From contig NC_058383.1 of NCBI RefSeq assembly GCF_018350175.1, positions 6,636,001 through 6,700,000 on the forward strand: a stretch of 64,000 bases of DNA. Direction: 5' to 3'. The notes under the pieces were generated by a model that was given only the letters and a program-made list of their open reading frames with translations, made no database searches and was not told the origin of the DNA. Below, piece by piece: positions 1-12,390 of the stretch. The translations under genes were made by a program, and so were the position numbers. Each line of letters starts with the position of its first letter. Positions within the stretch are counted from its first letter, which is position 1. The DNA is from Felis catus. Taxonomy: Eukaryota.

Positions 1-87
1 AATTTGACAACAAACTTCATATATTGAAAAAAAAAAAAAAGAATAGCATTCACCTTGGTACTTGGCTCTAGGTACTATGTAAATAGA

Positions 88-1582
88 TTTTTTTTTAATG
101 TTCATTTATTTTTGAGAGAGAGAATGAGAGGGGTAGAGAGAAAGAATTCTAAGCAGGCTCTGTCCTGTCAGTGCAGAGCCCAACGCAAGGCTCCAACTGT
201 GAGATCATGACATGAGCCATAATCAAGGGTCGGATGCTTTAACAGACTGAGCCACCCAGGTGCCCCTAGGTACTAAGTAAATGGAAATTATCTTTCTGCC
301 TATGGGCTATGTGAAGGTGGAAACAACACCACACACAGTTCGTGGTCATGGCAGACTTACAGTGAAGGTTGACAAAGGGGTACATGTTTTTGGGAGGGTA
401 GGTGGCTACCTGGCCTGACTTTATGACTTCAAAGAAGCATACTGTCCACCTACATGAAGAGGCATGAAAATGCTAAGTATCTTCTGAATGCTAAATCCAG
501 CTCCAGGGGTTGGCCAGAGAGTAAAAATTTTAAGCCAGATAGAGCCTCTGTAACACAGTTGCTGGATGTTTTGTTTTGTTTTGTTTTTATAAACCATTCT
601 TGGGGCGCCTGGGTGACTCAGTCGGTTAAGTGCCCAACTCTTGATTTTGGCTCTGGTCATGATCTCATGGTTCTTGAGTTCGAAACCCACATTGGGCTCT
701 GTGCTGACAGTGCAGAGCCTGCTCGGGATTCTCTCTCTCCCTCACTCTCAAAAAACAAATAAATAAACTAAACACACACACACACACGACATCATTCTTA
801 GTCCACAGACCATACAAAAACAGACCACAGGAAATCTAGCCCATTGGCCAGTTTGCTGACCCAATTTCATCTATGCTGTTAATTCATATTTTCATCACTT
901 TGTTAATAAACTAGTGGCTTTATGCTCTGGTGACAGACACCATCTAAATGATCATCAGTACTTAGGAGACTTGGGCTTCAATTCCTTCACCTGTCATGTT
1001 GTGGGATGGACCAGAAGTGACATGACCCCGTTCAGTGGTCACAGAGTGAAAGCTGAGATGACTAGCACTGGGCCAGGCAGTGTTTCAAGGACCTTACATG
1101 TACTAAGTTGTTTAGTCCTTAGTCCACAGTGCTCATCACTCCACTCTACTTAAACAAGATGCCAAGTCTCAATGCTTCCTTTTCACATGTCATCCTGTTT
1201 TAAACAACACAACCACTGTTGATATTCTCATGCCTGTTTCTACAGATGGGAAAAACAGCATCATTCTCATCTGATCCCCTCTTCATTTCTCCATGCTGAT
1301 ATTAAGAATATAGAAACTGGGTAAGACACACATGGGTTCATCAACCTTGTTTCAGGCAGGCCACACCACATCTCTGACCATTATTTTCACCTTTAAAATT
1401 GGGGCACCTGGGTGGCTCGGTCAGCTGAGCGGGGAATTCTTGATTTCAGCTCAGGTCATGATCGCTGTTTGTGGATGGAGCCCCAAGACCGGCTCTGTGC
1501 TGTCAGCACAGATCCTGCTTGGGATTCTCTCTCTCCCTCTCTTTCTTCTCCTCCCCCGTTCACGTGCGCTCTCTAAATAAAC
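88..1582. mobile_element. Can-SINE copies at about 88-267 (-), 602-770 (+), 1401-1582 (+)
   Basis: ggggcgcctgggtggctcagtcggttaag head, CT-rich middle, AATAAA/A-rich tail. Confidence 0.85.
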
Positions 1583-1899
1583 ATATCTTTAATACAATGG
1601 AATCAACCTTCCAGACAGAGACTTACTGACAAGGCTACTGTGAGGATCTAGGATTAAAAAATGGTTTCCATACCAAAAAAAAAAAAAAAAAAAGTGAGTC
1701 AGTACGATGAGTGTAGATTTATACACACGTCACTGAAAAGCTTGCAGATCATAAGGCCACACTTGCAATTAAAGCTCAGTTTACCACGAGGCCCCAGACA
1801 CCTAGGTTTGCATCCTAGCTCAGCCCTCTCACTAGTTGTGACCTTGAACGAGCCACTTCACCTCTCTAAGCCTACTCAACGCACATTCAACATATATGC

Positions 1900-2620
1900 A
1901 TGCGTCCAACCTTACGTGGCGTCACGCACATCCTGGGTGTCAGCTCCTCCGGTAGCTTAATTTGAGCTTCAGCTTTGGGAAGAAGGGCAGAAGCTGCGCG
2001 TAGGATTCAAATGCAAAGCGCCCTGGTGACGGCGCGGACAACTATAGCAATACTTCTGCGAGGGGGTGGGGTGGGAGCCGGAGGTGGTGCATTCCCAAAT
2101 CTGCAAACGCGTCGCCCGGCTGCCCTCACCCTCCCCGCTGCAGCCGAGAGACATGGGCCCTTGGGCAGGCGGGCGGCGCGGCTGAGCGAGGGGAGAAGGG
2201 TCGAATGGTGCAGGACCCTGAGCAAAGGGTCCGGTGAGGACGCAGAGAAGGCCCTGAATGAAGGGCAGGCGGCTCCGCAGCCCCCTCCCCTCCCAGTGCG
2301 GCTCTGAGCCCCGGACCCCGGACCCCGGATCCTGCCCTCAATCTTGTAACCTTAACCGGGTACAGGTACTCACCGGGCGACGCCATCTTGGAGTCCTGGG
2401 TGTCCGCTGTACGGGGCCGCGCGAGGACTGCTGGGTAGGGAGCACGCGCCCTCGCGGGAGCGTGGAGCAAAGGTTCATGGGAAGCAGGTCGCTGGTGCGG
2501 GGCTGGAGCTGCAAGTGTGCCATAGGGGGAAGGGCAAAGTCCCCGTATTCCGTCGTAGAAAGCGGGGAATGGGGTAGGGAGGTAGGTGGGTGGGGGACGG
2601 GGTGGTGGTGGTGGTAGGGC
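1900..2620 (-). promoter_or_regulatory. CpG-island promoter of ATP5MF
   Basis: High GC and CpG density; YY1-type motif CGCCATCTT at 2381-2389 overlapping the ATG; G-run tract at 2564-2620. Confidence 0.75.
2374..2386 (-). CDS. ATP5MF: ATP synthase membrane subunit f, first coding exon (MASP, phase-1 donor); rest of gene lies left of the window
   Basis: Minus strand reads ccaagATGGCGTCGCCCG|GTGAGT inside a CpG island: strong Kozak, 13 coding nt, consensus donor. Resembles the MASV(V/G) start of subunit f. Upstream tRNA-Trp and ZNF789 fit the recalled human synteny. Only 4 codons are visible, so the name relies on synteny. Confidence 0.72.
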
Positions 2621-2998
2621 TCAGCCTGGGCTTCCCATCATAGGAGGGAGGAGGCTGGAAGGGAGCCAGAAATGGGAAGTAAGGAGAAAAGAGTGTCCTG
2701 GCTTTCTTACTTTGTCGCCTTAAAATTGTTGGAATTTACAGGGGCATATGAAGACCTTTCCTCCCAACTGTGTTGGATGGGAGATAAGCTGGGACTCTCA
2801 CAGAATTCCTAGTTACCAGAAAAGCTGGTGTCCAGGCTTGGGCTCCATGTAGGTTTGATGCAAGCATAGCTTTATGTGTCCCAGCTCTGGGCTGGGCTCT
2901 GAAGACAGAAAAAAGCAAGACCTAGAGTTACACAACTCCAGCCCTTCTTTCTGCCACTTCTTTTCCATGCACAATGATGTCTCACCACCATCTTGGTT

Positions 2999-3047
2999 GT
3001 TTTTGTTTTGTTTTGTTTTGTTTTGTTTTGTTTTGTTTTGTTTTGTT
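2999..3047. repeat. (TTTTG)n microsatellite
   Basis: Directly visible pentanucleotide array. Confidence 0.95.
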
Positions 3048-3547
3048 TCTGGAAAGGCCACGATAACCATTACTGGTTAAGAAATTCTGACTTGGATAAG
3101 ATGCTTCAATTCCCTTAATCTCTCTTCCTTCTCTAAAGTAGGGGTGTACTTGGAGCAGCACTGGCAGGGGAGCTTCCTGCCTTTGTACACATGGGATTGC
3201 ACAATTTTCTTCCCTATTCAAGAAAGAGCCCAAGTATGAAAAACAGAAGGATTTGTGGAAATACATACATATATACATACATAGAATTTGTGGTTATGTG
3301 AAAACAATGAGAAATAAAACCTGGGGTCACCACGCACAGATTTCCCCAAGACCCATGATTTCTAACCCTTAGCCATTTGATCTTCAGAAGAAAACAGGGA
3401 CAAGGAAGGGGTGAACCCCAGGATCCTGCTGTCCCTGGAGCATCATGTAAACCTCCTGGACTAGAGGCTCAATGCCAGGATCTGCACCTTGGGCAAGAGG
3501 GCTGTAATTTACTATTTTCCTAGGTCCATCAAGAAAATGGACTCCTC

Positions 3548-5300
3548 AGGGTACCTGGGCTCAGTTTGTTAAGCATTTGACTCTCGATTTCGGCTCAGGT
3601 CACGATCTCATGGGTGGTGAGTTTGAGTTCTGCATCGGGCTCTGTGCTGTCCCGTGTGCTGTCTCAAAAATAAAAAAAAAAATTAAAAAAAGGGAAAAGA
3701 AAATAGACTCCTCCCTGGGGCAGAGATCCATTTTCTTGACATTTGTCTCCTTACAGTTTAATTCATTTGGAATACCTTTTCTTTCCTCCCTCCTCTGAGA
3801 AAAAAAAACAAAAAACAAACAAACAAACAAAAAACCCAGTGCTCTCTGAGGAGCCTTTGAATGTCATGTTCTTGTGTTGCCAGAAATTTCTCCTTAAGTC
3901 CTGACAAGTTCAATAAGTTGTCACCAGCAGTGTGTGGGGGTGTGGGAGTAGGAGTCATCATACCCATTAAGATTTGTTCTAAAACGATTTGCATTTCTGG
4001 GGGTGACACTGGGATTCGGTTTCCAGAGGGGATAGGGCAACTGTTAGACAAAAAGTTGAGGCCATTGCAGTTTTGGTGACCTTGAGAGACGCTTCCTTTC
4101 ACCACAGATATACCAGGGAGAACCACCCTGTAACAGGGAGCTCCTTACAAGTTAACAAAGGCTATTGTGATAATTGTCTCATTCAACATGGTGCTGGGGG
4201 ATAGGGTTCATTACCTTCACTTATCAAACAAGATTCCTTCTGATTCTTTTCTTATTGGCAAGTACATCATGGTAGCATCAGTCAGTTGTCAGCTTATTTT
4301 CCTGCTTCTTCCACTATAAAAATTGAGCTCCTTAAATTAAAGCTCTGTTTCTGAACTCAAAGCGTGGCTGTCTCATTCAAGATGTTCAATAGGTGTTAAG
4401 TTATTGTGAGATCAGAGAGGAAAATGAGCAAAACAATAAATGAAAAAACCCCAGAGACAGCAATTGAAGAAGTCACTATGCTCAATACATTAGAAGTACA
4501 AGGAGCATGTCAGCATGGCATCTCAGTGCACCAAAGGTGAATAAGGCCCCAAGTGCATTTCTAGTATAATAAGAAAAGGGGCTTTAAAAATCACAGAGTG
4601 GGAGGGGCTCCTGGGTGGCTCAGTCGGTGAGTGTCGGACCTCAGCTCAGGTCATGATCTCGCGGTCTGTAAGTTCGAGATTCCGCGTTGGGCTCTGTGCT
4701 GACAGCTCAGAGCCTGGAGCCTGCTTCGGATTCTGTGTCTCTCTCTTTCTGCCCCTCCCCCCGCTTATGCTCTGTCTCTCTCTATCAAAAATAAATAAAC
4801 ATTAAAAAAATTTTTTTTAAATCACAGAGTGGGAGAGAAGCAAAGTTCTAATGGCAAGGAGGCACGAGGGGGTAGCGCAGAGGGGATACACCTGGTGCAA
4901 AGTTAGCCACCAGTAGTGAAGTGAGAGGAGTTGAAGAGTGAACAAAGAAATCCTGGAGGAGCTGATATATATGCAAGTAAAGAGAAATAGAACAGGAGGA
5001 TTGCAACGGGAGAGAGCAGGTTAAAAGAAACAATAGAACACAGAAAACAATAAATGAGAAGTTAATTTCAAAAGGCACAAAGCTTAGGGAGCCTGGGTGG
5101 CTGTCATTAAGCATCTAACTTTGGCTCAGGTCATGATCTCATGATCTCTTGGTGAGTTTGAGCCCCACCTTGGGTGAGTTCGAGCCCTGCTTCAGGTGAA
5201 AAACACGAGCCCCGCTTCAGGTAAGCCCCGCTCCTCTCTCTCCTTCTCTGCTCCTTGTGGGATTTTTTTCTGACCCTCGCTCACTGGCACCCTTTCTCTA

Positions 5301-5343
<43 letters not shown>

Positions 5344-5650
5344 GCACAAAGATTAGAAATAAAGTTTATACCATAAATCATGAAAGCAAAATGAGAGATG
5401 AGGGAAAATAAAAATAAATGAAACTATAAAAGGCAGTTGAGGGGCACCTGGGTGGCTCAGTGGTTAAATGTCCAACTCCGGCTCAGGTCATGATATCGCG
5501 GTTTGTGAGTTCAAGCCCCATGTCAGGCTCTGTGCTGACGGCTCAGAGCCTGGAGCCTGCTTCGATTCTGTGTTTCCTCCTCTCTCTGCCCCTCCCATGC
5601 TCATGCTCTGTCTCTGTCTCTCAAAAATAAATGTTAAAAAAAATTAAAAA
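3548..5650 (+). mobile_element. Can-SINE copies at about 3548-3700, 4604-4820, 5087-5342 (internally duplicated variant with (AAT)n tail), 5441-5650
   Basis: tRNA-derived heads, A-rich tails, TSDs such as aaatcacagagtggga and aaaaggcagttga. Confidence 0.85.
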
Positions 5651-5898
5651 TAAAAGGCAGTTGAAAAAATTAAAAACGGGCATCAACAAAAATATAGCAC
5701 ATTATGAAGAGAATTCATAATTCACTGCTGTAGAAAACACAAAGAACTGAAAAGCAAGAAAAAAATGGTACAAAATGCCAAATTAAATGATGAAGGGATC
5801 AATGAAAGGAAAATGGGGAGGAAGGTGTGAATGTGTGTTAAAATGGAGAAATACACAGTCTTAGGAAGATTGCAATATAATAAAAAACAGAAGGGACT

Positions 5899-6247
5899 GT
5901 CTTAGTTTGAGTGGTTCTAACAGATAACCACAGACTGGGAAATTTAAACAACAGAAATTCGTTTCTCATAGTTCTGGAGACTGGAAGTTCAAGATCAGGT
6001 GCCTGCATATTCACCTCTTGGTAAGGGCTCTCTTCCTGGTTTGCAGATGGCTGCCTTCTCATTATATCCTCATGTAGCAGAGAGCCTCCTTCTTGTGTGT
6101 CTTATAAGGGCGCTAATCCTGTCTAGAGGGCTACACCCTCATGATTTAATTACCTCCCAAAGACCCCTCCTCCTAAATACCATCGCATTGGGGATTAGGG
6201 TTTCAACAAATGAATTTTTAGAAGACACAAACATGTAGTCCATAACA
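5899..6247 (-). mobile_element. ERVL-MaLR solo LTR (MLT1A-like)
   Basis: tgtcttagt...cataaca termini; diagnostic aacaacagaaatt..ttctcatagttctggagactggaagttcaagatcagg and attagggtttcaaca..tgaattt segments. Confidence 0.8.
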
Positions 6248-7089
6248 GGAATCTAAAGAAGTGACGTAAACAGAATTAAATGGTAATTTTCCTGAAGAAT
6301 CTGTCCCTGCCACTTTCAGCATGTGGGCAGAGTGGACTTAGCTAAGCTAAGTTTGCTGACCACAGCATGCTGGTGATTGGAATTGACAGACTGTCTGGGG
6401 CAGGGGTGTGTGTGGTGGTGGTGGGTGGGGGATGACTGTATTTAAGATTACAGGGACCTGGTGAACTAATCTCATTTTATCCTGAAATGTGATTGTCACG
6501 TCACCCACAAGGGCCCTGACACTTCCCAGGATGGGCATGAGCCCAAGTGTTTAGCATTCCCTCTCTTTTTCTTTCTCCTCCTTTTGCAGACCCAGAACCT
6601 CTGACCACAGTGCTCATTAGGGCTCTGATTTTTATTGTTGTTCAAAGGTTCTACCTACGTTTTCATCTCTGGTTTGTGCCACATGCGGTAAGGACTTGTC
6701 AGGATTCAGTCTCCTCAAGGTCTGCCCAGCCCCTGCCCACCTGACCCCTCTGTTCTCTGGATTGGGAAGAGGTCTGCATCTTTTTTCAAAAGCTGCAAAA
6801 GCCTTGCTGTGAGGAATACCTGGCATCTGTTCCTTCTGACGCTCATTTTCACTCGTGTGTTCTGCAAACAGATCTTACTGCTGACAACGCTTTCCGTACA
6901 GTCACTTCAATTTCCCTTGTCGGCCAGAGTTTTCCAAGCTATCAGATTTCCCATAACACTGGGGTCATTGTCTCACAATGTCCTTTGTTCCCGTGATGTG
7001 CTCTCCAACAGGATTGGAAGTTGGGTATTTCCTTCTGAAGCCAATGGGGCTCAGCCTGGTGTTTCCTTACTTCTTATTTTCTTTCTTTT

Positions 7090-7310
7090 TAATGTTTTTT
7101 TTTTATTTTACTTTTTGAGAGACAGAGTTGGGGGGGGGGCATGGGGAGGGGTACAGCGAGAGAAGGAGACACAGAATCCAAAGCAGGCTCCAGGCTCTGA
7201 GCTGTCAGCACAGAGCAGGAGGCTGGTTTCGAACCCACCAACACTGAGATCATGACCTGAGCCGAAGTCGGACAACGTAAGTGCAACCGACTGAGCCACC
7301 CAGGTGCCCC
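7090..7310 (-). mobile_element. Can-SINE
   Basis: Reverse-complement SINE ending gagccaccccaggtgcccc. Confidence 0.85.
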
Positions 7311-7454
7311 TCCCTACTTTTTCTTTGGCTTCCTCAAGGGTAGAAGAAGTAGATACGGTGAGAAGTGGGAACCTGAGTCTATGCCTGAGACTCAGGAGAG
7401 GAGCAGCGGGTCAGAACGGTCACCTCTGTAGAGTCAGCTTTAAAGGGCTCCAGA

Positions 7455-7687
7455 GGGGCGCCTGGGTGGCGCAGTCGGTTAAGCGTCCGACTTCAGCCAG
7501 GTCACGATCTCGCGGTCCGTGAGTTCGAGCCCCGCGTCAGGCTCTGGGCTGATGGCTTGGAGCCTGGAGCCTGTTTCCGATTCTGTGTCTCCCTCTCTCT
7601 CTCTGCCCCTCCCCCGTTCATGCTCTGTCTCTCTCTGTCCCAAAAATAAATAAAAAACGTTGAAAAAAAAAATTAAAAAAAAAAAAA
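7455..7687 (+). mobile_element. Young felid Can-SINE (SINEC_Fc-type)
   Basis: CpG-intact body with diagnostic tggcgcagtc and cagccaggtc; TSD taaagggctccag at 7441-7453 and 7688-7700. Confidence 0.95.
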
Positions 7688-7899
7688 TAAAGGGCTCCAG
7701 GAAGGAAGGGACCAGCAGCAGGACAAAAGCTGGAGGGCCTCCACTGGGCGCCAAGACTGTGTCCAGTACAGGTCCTGGCGACCTGGGCTTTCATCCCCAC
7801 CCCTCCACCACCACCACCACCCCCCTCCCCCCCGCCCCCACACACCCCGCCAATCTTCAGCTGAGGCTCCGGGCACGTCACAATGGGACTTGGTGCTAG

Positions 7900-9620
7900 T
7901 CACCATCCCCACCTGACTCCCGCAGAGAAGTCATCCTCTGCCCGAAGAATAACAAGACTAGAGGGCCGATTTGCCCTTTCGGACTCTCCCCCGCTCCACC
8001 TAATACCGGCGCTCCTCCTCCCTACCTTCCCCGCCCGGAAGGCAATGCGGGCACCTTTGCGCCCTGGGGAGACTGGAGGGGCCTCTCCATCCTGCCTCCG
8101 CCAGCCAGTGCACTGGCCTTCACCTTCCTTGGTCCTGGCGGTTTTCGCGCAGTGTCTCTAGTGGACCCTTCAAGATTTCAAGCCCGAGGAAGCCTGGCTG
8201 GCTCAGTCGGAGGAGTGTGCTACTCTTGATCTCCCGGGTCGTGAATTAGAACCCTACGGTGGGTGTAGATATTACAAACAAATAAGCTTTAAAAAATTAT
8301 TTTTTTAAGACGAGCCAGGTGCGGAGGCGACGTGGGGGCCTCCATCCTCAACAATGGGCGATTGGGGCCCACAGGTGACCGTCTGCTCCCTTCTCCGCCC
8401 CGCCTCTGGGGAAAGGGAGATCGGTAGGCCGCTACACCTTGGGAGCGGCCTCTACCTCCTAGACTTCTGGCCGCCAGCGTCTGGGTTGAGAAGGGAAGTC
8501 GATGCGCAAAGTGGGAAGGGGGCTCCCAGACAGTCACTTCGATGTGGCGAACACCCGTGTTCAGGGCCGTATCACTCTCGCCCAGGCAGAGGTGGGCAGC
8601 TAACTTCTCTCTTACCCTCCCCTTCCCTACGCCCAGGCCTCCCCGCCTCCCCAGAGCAGAAGCCTGCGCTCCGCAGGTGGAAGCGCGCCTGGGGCCAGGC
8701 TCTGGCCTCACCCCCAGCGGCGTCCGGCCCAACCCCCTGCTCGTCCCAGCCTCGCTCCACTCTTGGCGCCTCCAGCAGGAAAGCGTGGGGGCGTGGGGAA
8801 GAAGGCTGGGTAGAGTCCTGCAGGCAGATCGTGTGGACCCCTTTTTTTTTTTTTTTTTTTTTTGCATCTAAACGGTTTCGGGCGTCCTTGAACCTCCAAG
8901 GTTCATTTCAGGTTTTCTTTAGGGTGCTTGCGGACCATGGACGGTGTCTGTGGAGTATAACTGAGCCTCAAACGGTGTTTACCTCCAAGTTGGACTGCTG
9001 GTCCCAAGCAACCGGAGTCGGGGATGACCCTGACCTTGCGTCTGGTTCTGTAACTCCCACCTTCCCGGGGTGGGCTTTCCTTGATGGGATCTGAACCCCC
9101 ACCAGTGGCGCAGGGACCCAATGCTGGGCGGGTGGTCCTTGATACTCTGCCGCTAAATTCGCCGGAGGAAATCCCCTTCCCTTTCGCTGAGGTGATTGCC
9201 TTGAGCTCAGTGGGTGGGTGACACGTAAGGTCCAGGGTCTGATCCGAGATCGCATCTGCGAGGGGAGAGCCCGGGGCAGAGCGCTTGGCTTCTGGAGAGG
9301 CTCTGGAGCGGCTGGCGCGCGTGAATTGGAGAGCAGGGGCTGGCGAGCGGCGGAGACCGCTGTCGGGGGAGGCTCACACGCACGAGGGAGGGAGCGATCG
9401 GTGGCACCTGCATCCCCTCCTTTTCCCCTCCCCCCATGCCCGCCACCTGGCACGCGTGGGGGATCAGGCACCGCAGACATCCAGAGCCTGGAAGGCCACA
9501 GAGAGAGGCCGGAGGGGAGCGCCGTGATGACCCCTCCCTCGGGTGGAGGGCCTAGGGGCACAAGCAATGATTTTCAGGTTATGAACGGGGCGGGGGTGGG
9601 GTGCAGTTTATTCCAGAGAT
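7900..9620. promoter_or_regulatory. Orphan CpG island, putative promoter or enhancer
   Basis: About 1.7 kb of GC/CpG-rich, largely non-repeat sequence with GC-box-like motifs; strong minus-strand donor AGG|GTAAGA at 8616/8615; T22 run at 8842-8863. No protein homology recognised. Confidence 0.6.
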
Positions 9621-9983
9621 ACTTGTATTCCCCATGACAGGATCAGCTGCAAGTGCGTTCCCGTGCAGACACTACTGATACATTTTCAGAACCGAGCGAC
9701 CATGAAGGAAGACGAACCATGAGGTGAGAACCACGTCTTGACCTCAAAGCTCTGTGCTTTTCGTCGTGGGAAGTCTCAGGATTGTTCCTGACAGTTACAC
9801 TTAAGAGCTCATTACAGATCATTGGGCCGAATTGGCACTGAGCCGCTATGTGGGAAATTGATGAAAATTTACATCTATAAAAGAGTGGACCATTTCACAA
9901 TATATACATATATCAAATCATTCTATTGTTTATCTGAAGCGAATACAGTGTTATATGTCAATAAAAAATAGTACATGTGCAGC

Positions 9984-10653
9984 GGGCGCCTAGCCTCCGA
10001 CTCTTTTTTATTTTTTCACATTTATTTCTGAGAGACAGAGAGAGACAGAGCATGAGCAGGGGAGGGGCAGAGAGAGAGGGAGACACAGAATCTGGAGCAG
10101 GCTCCAGCTCTGATCTGTCAGCACAGAGCCCAATATGGGGCTCAAACCCATGAGAACCGTGAGATCACGACCTGAGCTGAAGTCAGATGCTTAACCAACT
10201 GAGCCACCCAGGCGCCCCTAGCCTCCGACTCTTGATCTCAGCTCAGATCTTGATCTCAGGTTCCCGAGTTCAAGCCCTGCCTTGGCCTCCACGCTGGGTG
10301 TGGAGCCTACTTCAAATAAAATAAAGCTTTAAAAAATCAATACAGGGGCGCCTGGGTGGCGCAGTCGGTTAAGCGTCCGACTTCAGCCAGGTCACGATCT
10401 CGCGGTCCGTGAGTTCGAGCCCCGCGTCGGGCTCTGGGCTGATGGCTCAGAGCCTGGAGCCTGTTTCCGATTCTGTGTCTCCCTCTCTCTCTGCCCCTCC
10501 CCCGTTCATGTTCTGTCTCTCTCTGTCCCAAAAATAAATAAAAAAGGTTGAAAAAAAATCAATACATATGCAGGAAAAAAAAAAGTGAACCACCTGTTCT
10601 GCCGTACTACTTGAACAAATACCTCCACTCTATTTTTTCAATGTTTGTTTATT

Positions 10654-10697
<44 letters not shown>

Positions 10698-11990
10698 TGA
10701 GTAGGGGAGGGGCAGAGAGAGAGGGAGACACAGAATCTGAACCAGGCTACAGGCTCTGAGCTGTCAGCACAAAGCCCAACCCAGGGCTCAACACCAGGCT
10801 GGACTCCGGGCTCGAACCCATGAGATCATGACTAGAGCTGAAGTCAGCTGCTCAACAGACTGAGCCACCCAGGAGTCCCTAATAACTCCATTCTAAAACA
10901 AGGACTCCTTGGGGCACCTGGGTAGCTCAGTTGGTAAAGCCTCTGACTTTTGCTTTCAGCTGAGGTCATGGTCTCAAGATTGGTGAGATAGAGCCCATGG
11001 AGCCTCTTGGGATTCTCTCTCCCTCTCTGCCCCTCTCCTACTCACACACACTCTCTCAAAATAAATGAATAAACTTAAAAAAAATAAAAAATAAAACAAG
11101 GCCCCCTCTTAGAGACAATTCCCATGGATGTAATGGAGGGGTTTGGAGTTTTCACTCCCAAGAGTGACCCAGGATAAATGACCCATCCAAACTGTGAGGG
11201 GAACTTGTTCACCCTAGACTCTTCTAACTGGGCAATGATGGAAAAGCTGGAACTGTTCTTGCCGCTTCTTTAGATGAATCACTTTGGACAATTTGCTTAT
11301 CTTCTGTTTCTCCATTTCCTCTCCAGAGAAGTGGGACTCATAATAACAATGTCTACCACAGAGAGTATGTAAGAAGATTAACAATATACTTAGAAGGGGC
11401 AGGAGGCTTATAGCAAGCATTCCCCTTAAATGTTATATGTTACAATTATCTTAATTCTTTCATTTATCTTTTCACTGAGATCTATTTGATATCCTGCGAG
11501 GGCATTTGGTGTTAGAGGTCTCCTTGGGGGAATAGAAATCCACACACCCAGTTTGGAGCTGTGGGAGAATTCCTCATTTCAGACATAGAAATGATCAAGT
11601 CCTTGTCCTGGCCATACTCAGTTTACTGTTGTTACTTCAAATTATTTTTAAAGATTTTATTTTAAAGTAATCTCTACATCCCAGGTGGGGCTTGAACTTA
11701 CAAGCCCAGTAGAGTCACATGCTCTACTGACAGAGCCACCCAGGCACCCTGACTGTTCTTTTACTTTAAAGTGGACTCTCATTAGGGGCGCCTTAACTGA
11801 GTGGCTCAGTTAAGCATTTGACTTCTGCTCAGGTCACAATCTCACGGTTCGTTTGCCCCAGCCCCACGTAGGGCTCTGTGCTGGCAGCTCAGAGCCTGGA
11901 GCCTGCTTCAGATTCGGTGTCTCCCTCTCTCTCTCTCTGTGCCTCCCTGGCTCACACTCTCTCTCTCTCAAAAATAAACATTAAAAAAGT
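9984..11990. mobile_element. Can-SINE cluster: 10005-10217 (-) nested in a + SINE (9984-10330), 10633-10879 (-), 10911-11095 (+), 11645-11750 (-), 11785-11990 (+)
   Basis: SINE heads and tails; TSD tagcctccgactctt flanks the nested copy; (GA)n at 10657-10695. Confidence 0.85.
10345..10552 (+). mobile_element. Young felid Can-SINE
   Basis: TSD aaaaaatcaataca at 10331-10344 and 10553-10566. Confidence 0.95.
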
Positions 11991-12390
11991 AATAAAATGG
12001 ACTCTCATTGAAAGGACATATATCTATAGATGCTTTACATCTCATAAGTCCCTATCTTCAATTTAAAACTAGAATCATTTGCTGTATTTGAAAAATTAAA
12101 CCCATTTTTGAAACAACAAAAAGATACTTTTCTTCTTGTTGCAAATTTTAGTGGCTCGGTCCAAGCTCTGGGAAATGCTGGCAGAGTGAAGTCTGGTTCT
12201 TCTGTCGCTGCAGCAAATTCACTGCAGCACGTACAATGGAAGCTTTACTGTGTGGACTCTCTTATAAATGGCATAGGACCTTCTAAATTTCCTCCAGGGG
12301 GTCTGGGTATGTGGTAAAAAAGTAAGGCCCATGTAGAAAGGCAGCCTAGAACCAGAGACCTCAAGTCTTCAGTTTAAAATGTCCCCAACA

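Noticed and set aside
602..700. tRNA-like A and B boxes in many repeats
   Set aside because: tRNA-derived SINE heads without a complete cloverleaf; only 14869-14940 is a real tRNA.
2351..2373. Alternative downstream donor giving a long ATP5MF isoform (MASPGEYLYP)
   Set aside because: The candidate CCG|GTTAAG donor is phase 0, incompatible with the phase-1 main donor; no support for a coding extension.
3470..3493. Minus-strand PKVQILAL resembling SCAN TKEQILEL (possible second SCAN relic)
   Set aside because: Only 8 codons, no convincing flanking SCAN motifs and no KRAB or finger remains nearby; may be chance.
8289..9637. Long overlapping ORFs (192-246 aa) in the CpG island
   Set aside because: Open on both strands because GC-rich sequence lacks stops; low-complexity P/R/G/A peptides with no recognisable domain.
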